Source: Antedon mediterranea
Lineage: Eukaryota; Animalia; Echinodermata
Assembly (NCBI RefSeq): GCF_964355755.1
Contig: NC_092673.1
Coordinates: 11,690,948-11,754,947, forward strand
DNA length: 64,000 bases
Reading direction: 5' to 3'
Made by a program: the position numbers and the translations under genes. How positions within the stretch are numbered: the first letter of the stretch is position 1; the number at the start of each line of letters is the position of its first letter. Of the stretch, positions 25,876 to 36,000 are shown piece by piece. Below the pieces are notes generated by a model. That model made no database searches, was not told the origin of the DNA, and saw only the letters and a list, made by a program, of their open reading frames with translations.

Positions 25876-27767
25876 GGTCAACTCGGCCAAAGTCAAGTCG
25901 GCCCCAAGTCAACTCGGCCTTACGTCAACTCGGCCTCAAGTCAACTCGGCCAAAAACTCATCCGTCAACTCGGCCTCTAAAAAGTATGGAACGCAAAAAG
26001 TGCTAATATAGTAGTTCATTTATTACAATGGCAGGATATAGTACGGTTAGGCCTACATAATAGACGAAATAAAACGGAAATTTCAATGTAAATTATAACA
26101 CACTGGGCCTGATCGTTTTTCGCCTAGTATTTATTTATATTGTTGGTTGGTTAGTCTCAGTAAGAACCCTCAGTAATGTGTTTGTTAGATCTATTTTTTG
26201 ATACAACGTGGATGTTCCCAGAAATAATCGAAATATTCTTAGAAGGCCTATATATTATATAGATATTATTAGATTAATACAGTAAAATAAAACTGTTTTT
26301 TTTTTGTGTATATATTCTCTCTCAAATTATTAGCAATATGTTACGGTCAAAGTGAATAACTATATGTGACATTAAAATGGTATATTACAGTAACAAAATC
26401 TTTCACAAATTAATTTTTTCGGGGTACAATAACGATGTCAATCAAACTACCGAAGAGATTATGTTAACAAATTCGGAATGTTCTGTCATGTTAAAGTTCT
26501 ATTGCAATTGTGCGCTATTCAAATTGTTTTTATTACTTTTGTGATTTGATAATAATGGAGAATCCAATGAATACATTTTATGTATGGAAAATTAATCTAA
26601 AACACACTGAAGAAATCATCATGAAAAAATGGCGTATTTTTATTTTGTCAAGCAAAACCTAAACAACATAATATAGCCTTAGCATTTTCATCTGTTTTTT
26701 AACACCCACCGCGCCCTGTATTGTTCAATAAAATTGATCACCTAAAGGGGCATTCCCACGGTCCGTACCTGTTCCGTTTCGTGGAACGGAAGACGGCTCT
26801 GTTTTTTCAACGTGACGTGCGCCAGTTCACCGTTCTGTTTTAAACATTCACACCTGTTCCGTTTTGTGACGTATTCCTTGACAACGGGCAAACAATAAAA
26901 TGACAGCCGTTTCTGGATGGTCATCGGATGATAGTGAGGAAGAAATTATTCTTTTTAGAATGACACTTCACCAATATGGTCATCTTGTCAGTTTAATTAA
27001 AGATAATATTACAAAACGGGACACAAGATTCCCGATGATAGTAACAACACACACCATGACAAATTCCATGAATCCATAATTTAATACAATAAAATCACAA
27101 TCACATCCCCATGGAAGCAAATTTCTCTCTTCCCATGGTGTACTGAATAATTATGAAGTAGAAACGAAATGAAAATAAAAATGTCATACAAAAAAACCGT
27201 AAGGCCAATTTGAAAATGTCTGGGTGTGTGTGCATGTAACCTATACCCATAATGCTTATGCAATTTGTATTCTTGCCCTTTGATTTGTTATGATTTTAAT
27301 GTTATACATATTGTATTTATATTGATGTATATATACAGTTGTAGACCGAAGTATTATATTGTTTAAATATTATTCATTAAAATGTCTTCTTCGACAGTTA
27401 TTCCTGTATACAAAATGTGAAGAAATATTTATTTATTTCAAACAATATAAATAAATACTACCTATCAATTAAACGAAAAACGATCAGGCCCAGTGTGTTA
27501 TAATTTATATTGAATTTTCCGTTTTATTTTGTCTATTATGTAGGCCCTAGTCCAACCGTACTCTGTGACGTTTATCCTGCCATTATAATATTAACTACTA
27601 TATTAGCACTTTTTGCGTTCCATAGTTTTTAGAGGCCGAGTTGACGTAAAGCATAGAGATATTATAGTGAACTATAATATCTCTATGCGTAAAGCCGAGT
27701 TGACGTGGGGCCGAGTTGAATTAGGGCCGACTTGACTTTGGCCGAGACGGTTTAGGGCCGAGTTGGA
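25876..27767. mobile_element. Foldback-type (Mutator-like) non-autonomous DNA transposon with ~250-bp inverted ends built on GTCAACTCGGCC repeats
   Basis: 25876-26125 is the inverted copy of ~27475-27767 (e.g. TATGGAACGCAAAAAGTGCTAATATAGTAGTT and its reverse complement). Confidence 0.8.
27652..27687. mobile_element. 36-bp palindromic micro-MITE with a 7-bp target-site duplication (P-superfamily-like)
   Basis: cgtaaag|CATAGAGATATTATAGTGAACTATAATATCTCTATG|cgtaaag; the other arm of the host foldback lacks it. Confidence 0.75.
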
Positions 27768-28649
27768 TCGAATTCGTTCATATCCACACGTGATATCCAC
27801 CTTGCATCAGAACGAGGTCTACCGCAGGTTTTTTGGTCTGCTGCTCTCGTATATTTCGCGATCGATCGTGCATAGCTACCTGTCTGCCTACAGCATTATT
27901 GCATTCAAGGTTTATTTCACTTAATTAAAATACTGTGGTGAAAGATGAACGTTGACAAAAATCCCTCTGACGAGAACGATGTAGGCCTAGCTAGGCCATG
28001 GAGGTATAAAATATTTAATAAATTTATTTATACCTCCATGGCAGCTGGCTAGCCTAGGCTAGGCCTAATGTATTTCCAGCGGCCTAAAAATAACATTAAT
28101 ATTTGTATGTATAGACCATGAACACTCTTTACATAGTACATAGTTTATTACATTTGTATCACGAACTCAGATCATAGAAAAAACAATTATAAATCCAATT
28201 CGTTTTCGTGGACCCGATCGTCTAATTATGTTGGGCCCGAATGTCCACACGCGTTTGTACCCGATCGTCTTGGAATAAGCCCGATCATCTGTCATTCCAG
28301 AGGCCTAACCTAACTCGGTTTAAGTTAAGCACACATGACTTACAAGTTACGATTGAAATAATGGATGATCAGAAAAAATCGAAAGCCTAATTTCTTACTT
28401 TCTTTACTTACTTCGAAGGCATTTACAAACGGTACACCAGCAGCAGCCGTTGGTTTTGGTTGTGTTTATGGTGCTTTTAATTTTGTCGGGGGTGGGGGGA
28501 AGATTATAACTATGCGGCCTTTATATACGACGTACGTACCAGTAATTGAGTAATCCGCGATTTTTGACATTAGAAATCTGTAACAGAGATTGATGCCCGC
28601 CCTCATAAGGCGGATGTATACAGACTAAAGAAGACTTGATAATAGATAT

Positions 28650-29035
28650 TATTCATTCATTCATTCAATCTTTTATTTCGGAATCTCTGGTCCATAGAAA
28701 GTAAAAATTACATGAAATAAAATAAACAAGACTAATTACTACTACTCATCTCAGGATGGCATTCCACCTGGAGAGCATCTTGACTTAACTATAAGACGTT
28801 GCTTATAATCGTTGAGACTAAAACATTTTCGCTTGCATTTAGTCTACCCATCAGGCCATAGGCCTATATTGATTTTCTTAAGAATTCATAAAAAGAAGGA
28901 ATTATACATTCCGTAAACATAAGGCTGGCACTGCAATGTCGAGGCCTTTGTGGCAACATTCTTAAACCATTATTGTAACATACCTGGAGAGATCGCAAGG
29001 TACCCTGATTATAGTTGCACCAGTACAGTACAGTT
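28650..29035 (-). mobile_element. 3' end of a CR1/L2-group LINE with a (GAAT)n tail
   Basis: WCNYNQGTLRSLQVCYNNGLRML..RPRHCSASLMF...IPSFYEFLRKSI, then AATAAA and GAATGAATGAATGAAT on the minus strand. Confidence 0.75.
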
Positions 29036-29097
29036 TCGTTCCTCCCACTGATGCCAGTCGCATCCAAGAGGCAGTCTTCTCTAGCATCCAAATATAT

Positions 29098-29155
29098 GCT
29101 GGGTCCGACTGTTGAAGGGCTTCCCTAACTGGGATAGGTTCATAACTTGACTAGG
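29098..29155 (+). ncRNA. Y-RNA-like candidate (possibly a degenerate copy)
   Basis: GCTGGGTCCGA...CTTGACTAGG reproduces both strands of the Ro60-binding stem of vertebrate Y RNAs; no oligo-T terminator or upstream TATA seen. Confidence 0.3.
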
Positions 29156-31965
29156 ATCGCACTAAAGGAGATTGCCTAATTTAATCCAAAGGTCACGATA
29201 GTATGGTTTTCGGGCTTGTGCAAAGAGCATTCGTTTTGTTAATGAGTTATTTGGTTCTCGGCAGATATGGGCTATGTAGGCTACTTCAGGTAGTAAACAT
29301 GTATATAGTCTTTTAGTGGAGTTGCACCGACAATATTTTCAACATCTTTATTTGAAACAGGAGACTGAAAATTCCATCTTCCGTAGATTGCTCTTGGTGC
29401 CCTGTAACCTTCGCTTCTTTACATTTATATCCTCCTCTTATCATCTGTCTCATGAGCGAGTACCAACATGTCTCCAATTTCTTTATTTCAGAAATTATTT
29501 ATTTCCATTGTAGCCAGTGGTGGCGCCAGGATTTCCCCGACGAGGGGGCCGAATTCCCCGACGGGGGGGGCCGAATTCCCCCACAGGGGCCGTACGCGCG
29601 AAAAATAGATGCTTACACACTGTTTAATAGGCTAGAGCAACTGTTTCCATTACATATAATAACAATGTCACATAATAATGTAAATCTAAATAAATCTTTC
29701 CTAAATACTCTAATACGGATCTTTTTCGACGAACTAATAATAAACTTTGATCCGAAAATGCCTCGATAGTGCATGTGATTAGTGTACGACTGTGCTTTTG
29801 TGGTCTGTTAACCTCAGATATATACCCTCTAGCCGGGTGAATAACTCAATGTAATTTAGTACCGTATACAATGATGATTGCCGTAATCGCCGTGTCTATA
29901 ACACAAATCAATAAAATGCCGTTTTTTCGGCCGTGTACATAGAACAAGACATTTCATGTTTATGTTATGCCTATGAAATAATAATAAAAGAACATCATGT
30001 TTATCGTTTTTTTTATCGTTTATACTGCATACCATTATATAAAAAACATTCATACGCGAGAAAAAAGTTCACAATATTACACTCTACTCTGTACAGGTGT
30101 GTAAATATACAGGTCCACGCTAACGCTTGCACACGGACCAGGGCGGAAAATGGTGTATTTTTGGAGAGTGATGACGTCAGCATTCACACGAGGAGCGAGC
30201 TAAGACAACGTGATGCTGGTAGTGGGAGTGCATGTGTTTTGAAAATAACTCAGTTGTGGGTATTTTCCGAAGATTTTAAATTGCGTTTTCTTTTTAAACT
30301 CTTGAATTCATAAATAGTTCTCTCACTATGTAGGCCTATTTACACAACTATAGCTCTAGCCTACTCTTCTTAATTAAAAGAGTCAAGTGCGTCGAATCCG
30401 CGTCTAGCGACGGTCACGGGTTTGGTGCATCTTTTTTTTCCCTTTAGAATTAAGGGAGGTGGCTAGCCACCCTATTCACCCACCTACCCTAGATCGAGAT
30501 TTATGCGCGAAAAGAAACGTGACCAGACCCTGTTTTATGGTTCGGGCCAACCGCTTCCTTTTCCCAATCGAACCCCCACCCAAACCCCTTTAATCGACAG
30601 CGAACATATACGCGGTACACCAAGGGTTATTGGTAAATTGAAACAATTCGTAAACTCAACCGTGAAAACATAACTCGTACCTTTATCCCTGTATGAACGT
30701 ACGTCGATGCGTAGTTGTAAATGAATTTTCAATTTTCGCCTGGAATCTGAAAAATACACATTTTGGTCCCTGGATGTAATATGATACAGCCCAGATATGT
30801 CGACGCGTATACCGCAGTGAGCCATGAAAGATTCGTACAAAGAGACACCGCCAGACAAATGCGTACCACATCATACTGTTTACTTCGCTGTCAGTATATC
30901 GTACGTACGTCAAAAATGGAATGCCGCAGTTACTTAAAATATATAGTAGTACACTTGATGATCATATTTTTCTCCCCGACAAATATGGCCAATACTCCCC
31001 GACGGGGGGGCCAGCTTTCCCCGACGGGGGGGGGGGGCCTTTCTAAAAAAACATTAATTTTGAATGAATATAATGACCAGTTAAAGACTTTCAGTTGGTG
31101 GTTAAAACTTACCTGACCAAAATTGTGTAGTTCGCTAAATCAGTTATTGTTAAAAAACTAAAGAATTACTTGCTTTTTCTCGCTGAAATTTTCTCAACAC
31201 GTATATTATGAAGACTGTAATAAAGTATGTAGACATAACCTCCTCTACTCTGTTGCCTTCGAAATACAGCCATGTCCCATCCTGCCCATTGTCCCATTAT
31301 TGTATAGTATATTTTGCAATTATAAAACATCTTATAAAACATAGTTAATAACAAACTAGTGTACATTCACTTCTACAGAATTATTACCACCATGCTAAAT
31401 TAGTTCACAAAGAAAGGCCGAACAGCAACAACAAAGAGTTTTTCGGAACTAGAGATAGATGACATGTTGCGTCTGAAGAAGTGGGCTACATGTACGTTAG
31501 ATGTTAGATGTTGTGCCGCACAATAATTAAAAGTTGAAGGTGCTCGCAAAAATGACCAGGTACAATTACTTTGGCTAAATGTAGTGTTTGTTGAAGGCAT
31601 GGTAAAGAGATTTTAATGTAGGCCTACTGGTACATGTCTTGAACTGTTTTGATGTTGCACATACTTTTGTGTTATGTTCCTGTGCTTGAAGGATGACTGT
31701 TGTTGATGAATGATTCTGGTGGTGAGCGAATGCATGCTTTACCCATATTCGGCTGGTTATTCGTTTTTTTACAAAAAAAATTGCATGAAACGAACAATTA
31801 AACATCCAAACAACATTTAACTTAATGGAGGCATGTAGTTAATAACATTTTATTTATCATGAACACTACCGGTGATCCATGCTTAGATTAGTATGAGCGT
31901 CACAAAACGTTGTATACATCCTGACTTATGGCGGCAATCAGAGCCATATATAAAATATGATGGGT

Positions 31966-32212
31966 CTAGGACAACTACCACCCGGACAACTACCCTCGTA
32001 GGACAATTACCCCCTAGGACAACTACTTTCTAGGACTACCCCCTAGGACAACTACCTTCTAGGACAACTACCCTCTAGGACAACTAACCCCTAGGACAAC
32101 TACCCCTAGGACAATTACCCTATAGGACAATTACCTTCTAGAACAACTACCTCCTAGAACAACTACCCGTACTCATAGGGAAACTAGGTTACTTCCTAGG
32201 ACAACTACCCCT
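31966..32212. repeat. Degenerate ~17-18-bp tandem array (CTAGGACAACTACCC), probably the subterminal array of a foldback transposon
   Basis: About 13 imperfect copies of GGACAACTACCC. Confidence 0.8.
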
Positions 32213-34333
32213 GGGTAGGTAACTGTCAAACCAATATATTTACTGGACTTGCAGTAAATGCATAATGTCATTAAACAGCATGACATAAGCTCCTATGGAA
32301 AAGAAAAAGAATGAACAAAATCAGGCAAATTGTATCGATAGTAAGGGGCTGTTAAAATAAATGTTTATATGATTTTCGATGACTGGTGCAACTTGGTAAA
32401 CTGTGTTCCTAGATTTCTAAACGGTATCTTACATGTCAAATGTAATTTATTATTATTTAAAAAAGCAAAATAAATGAAATTAAATGAAAAGACTAAAATG
32501 TAGGTGTCATGAGATTAGTTACTCTAGTTGTTCATTGTGTGTTGGTTGTTGAGAGAGGTAGTTTTCCAAGGGGAATATTCAATTCAATTTATTCCGGATT
32601 TTACTGGGGGACTCATCTCTTTCGATGGTACGTCCCATCCCAAATTTACAAATTTAATATAATTAAATAGAATGGTCAATGGCGTCATATATGGCTCAAC
32701 ACGAGCGATGTCTACATAACACGAGCGAGGTCAACTTGAGATAGTTATGTCCCGTCCTGGCGTGCCATACAAATTTCATAAGAGCCAGACACACCTCACA
32801 TCCACTTTTTGGAGTACACACCTTACCGACACTTCATCAGAAGCAAATCTACAGCCCGGGCTACAGCCACATCTCACTTACAGCAACATTCATCCTCTGT
32901 TCCTGTGTGTTTGTACTTTAAACCTCACACATATTAAATTATGTATTTTAAAAAACGAAACTTTCCTCCTGCAATGTGTGAGTCCCCTTATGGGTCTCAA
33001 GTAAATTCGATTAACCAATTATAAATGGAACTATTAGATTTGGCGATATCGCTTTGCTAAATTCTATTATTTGTTGTCCAAATATTTATTTATACTTGCT
33101 AACTACGTTACCGCATTGTTACAATCTAAAATTAATTTTGGAAAGATTCAAGAAAATTTTTTTATGCTTTTTTTTTGTGTGTATTGTTTCCAACTTTGTT
33201 TGCTTTTTGTATTTTAAAAAATATATGAAATATGCCAAAAAAGAATAAGAAAAGACTACTTGCCAATAATAATAATATAGGCCTACATTTTCAGTATTTA
33301 TACAAACACCGTATAACTTTCATCTACACATAAATGTCGCGACACTGAATTGCTTTGTATACAAGTTCAATAGGGCCTCCACTTTTGTCACAACTCATCA
33401 TACTAAAATATGAATTTATATATATTGCGAGCCATTAATTGTATTTCTACGGTCAGTCGTCATCCAATATAGCATATCAAGGTCAGGGGTAAAAAATGGC
33501 GGTTCCGGTCATTTTTTGTCCAATGTTTAATTGGAGTAAATATTTTCAGTATTTAGGCTACATAGGCTAGTGGGCCTATAGGCCTACACAGTCTTTTGCA
33601 GTGTTAGGACGTCATACGTTCACTGGTACTCATGTCTAGACCGAACGCCAAAATGCCACTAACACTTGCCAGTCGACGTGCCAGTCGCCTAGCGCATGCG
33701 CATATCATAAAATGACGTAACAGAGTAGCAGTCGACATCAGTCGATGTGAAAATCTAAAAGTCGCTAATGATCTTACTAATTATGATTATGTCGTCATTT
33801 GACTGGACGTGTGGAAATTATTTTCATTTCATTTTCATGTTTATGTGTACGTAAATGGGCCTTACACGTGATAACCTTATTTATCCTAAAAAATCTAATA
33901 CAATTTTCGAACAGCATTTATTTAAGTATAATGTTTTAAGGCAATGATAACCAATATTATGATAGGCATAGGCCTAATGTAATAGGTCACACACAAATTT
34001 ACAGAATCATTTCGAATGATATAATTGTCCTTATTTTCACTATATGAAATTTCAGCTAAATGTTGGATTTTCTCGTGATGATATGCACATAACACGTTAT
34101 GGTGGAGACTAATGCAACCTCTGTATGCTGTCACGAATTTGCCACCTGCTGCAAAACAATTAAAATAATACTTTACTTTGTTTTGTTATAACGCATAAAA
34201 CAAATTATACGATAAGGAACAAGACTTGACAACATAATTACTTGATAGACAATCGGTTTGCCTCACCGGCATCCCACTTTTTGATACCGTTACGAAGTAA
34301 ACAATTTACCTTGATAATTGAAACTTTGTTTTG

Positions 34334-34891
34334 TTACTGCTGTTTTGCATGATGTATATTCCGTTCAAACGAACTCGACTTGCTCATAGTCGATGAATCG
34401 TCAACTGAGAAATCAGGCTGGTTGAACGTCCGGTCACTACGGGAGTCACTACTAGACCAACCAAATGACCATTCTGAAATGGACCAGTCGAAACTAGACC
34501 AATTTATTTCATGAGACCAGTCGAAGTCGAACCAGTCAAAACTGGACCGGTCAAAACTGAACCAATCCAAACTGGACCAGTCAAAACTGGACCAGTCAAA
34601 ACTGGACCAGTCAAAGCTGGACCAGTCAAAACTGGACCAGCCAAAACTGGACAATTTCAATTTGAGTAAATTCTTTTTTGTGAGTTTTTCGCTCAAAATC
34701 TGCTGGTCGTTCATTTTCATTGCGGAAATTAATTCATCTTGAGGTAGTGACGTGTTTATGGAAAGTAATTCTTTTGCTCGTCTGTCTTCTAACTTATCAT
34801 GGGAAACTGCATGTGACTGTTTTGATGATCGTGCTTTTAATAGGGCTTTCAGTAATATCTTATCCTTCTTTAACGAAACATCTCTGAAAAC
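34334..34891 (-). CDS. Orphan secreted SSFDW-repeat protein, coding exon 2
   Basis: ttacaacttag|VFRDVSLKKDKILLKALL...EDRRAKELL...AMKMNDQQILSEKLTKKNLLKLKL(SSFDW-like x~13)...HHAKQQ*; 57 open codons precede and are in frame with the 128-aa track ORF. Confidence 0.75.
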   Translation of the reverse strand, partial: VFRDVSLKKDKILLKALLKARSSKQSHAVSHDKLEDRRAKELLSINTSLPQDELISAMKMNDQQILSEKLTKKNLLKLKLSSFGWSSFDWSSFDWSSFDWSSFDWSSLDWFSFDRSSFDWFDFDWSHEINWSSFDWSISEWSFGWSSSDSRSDRTFNQPDFSVDDSSTMSKSSSFERNIHHAKQQ

Positions 34892-35515
34892 CTAAGTTGT
34901 AAAAAATTAGTAGTAGTAAGTATGCATTGATTCTTGGTTGTATTTATTGTACAAAAACCTATAATGAAATGGACAGATCTTGTGAGATGTTTCTCCCAGT
35001 GGAGAAGTAATAAACTCAAAAGATTAATTTCGCACTGTGCATTAACATTTGGATAACAAATGAATGCCTGTTCGTTTGGTTAATTTGATAGAATTAATCA
35101 TAACTGAATTGATTCATATATAATTATTTACCGCTGGCGGGATGAGATGAAATAGGCATTCATAATAATCTTTTTAAAAATGTTCAGCCACTTGGCCAAG
35201 AATTGCCAATAGTAAATTGAACTGTCCATCGCTGCTGTTTAACTCTTTATCTGAACTGTGTTCTTTAAAGTGCATACGGGCTGTGTACACGAGACCTTAG
35301 ACCTACAGTTTGGTCTTGAACTCATGCCGATATTGTTGGCTCTTTGTTTACGGTAACGACGCCCTCCCTTCCGCATGGTCATTTTACTCATTATGCACAA
35401 TAAATACACAAGCCTCTGTGGTTCTTTTATAAATTAGGACAAAACATTTGTACTTTGTAGCTACAATAAATAATCACAGGAAGTCAAATAAGCTAAGAAG
35501 AATTAAAGAGCCTAC

Positions 35516-35593
35516 CTGTTTATATGGTGCTGCATTACCTATCGTCATTATTGCAATTAATAAAATCCCTATTATAGTTTTACTCCACACCAT
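35516..35593 (-). CDS. Orphan secreted SSFDW-repeat protein, coding exon 1 (signal peptide)
   Basis: caaacATGg Kozak context; MVWSKTIIGILLIAIMTIGNA-APYKQ|gtaggc; phase 0 matches the exon 2 acceptor. Confidence 0.75.
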
Positions 35594-36000
35594 GTTTGTT
35601 GAAGTCAACTGAGAAATAAAATACCACTTTCCAATACTAGCACCTGTAATCAAATAGGAATACATAAAGGAAATTAACTTCCGCCTCTGCAGCAAGACAA
35701 CTATGCAGCCTGTGTATAAGTACAACTTCTATTTGTAGTGATAAAAACCTTATATTTCTTATTTTTCTCTCCTTACTACTTTTATCTACAACACATCCAA
35801 AAGATGATTTCGAGATTACATCAGTGAAATGTAGACCTATCCGTTATGTTAACATTGAATGTTGCTGTCTGATATGGACATATAAAGCGTTGTGAGAACG
35901 ATCAGCGCTTTATAAAAAGAAGGAATTATTATCATTATAACAGCTAAAAAATTAATAAAAATAATAACAATAGCAATAGAAAATGAAAAATAGAGCTGCT

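Noticed and set aside
27946-28020. Possible plus-strand start exon MNVDKNPSDEND divergent from RO60
   Set aside because: No downstream exons or homology identifiable; the region is repeat-rich
34334-34720. SSFDW array as a classical neuropeptide precursor (e.g. Wamide) or a purely non-coding 15-bp minisatellite
   Set aside because: No KR/RR or G-K/R sites between units; synonymous variation, Trp retention and an in-phase signal-peptide exon argue against non-coding, although the unit CCAGT-TTTG-ACTGG is self-complementary
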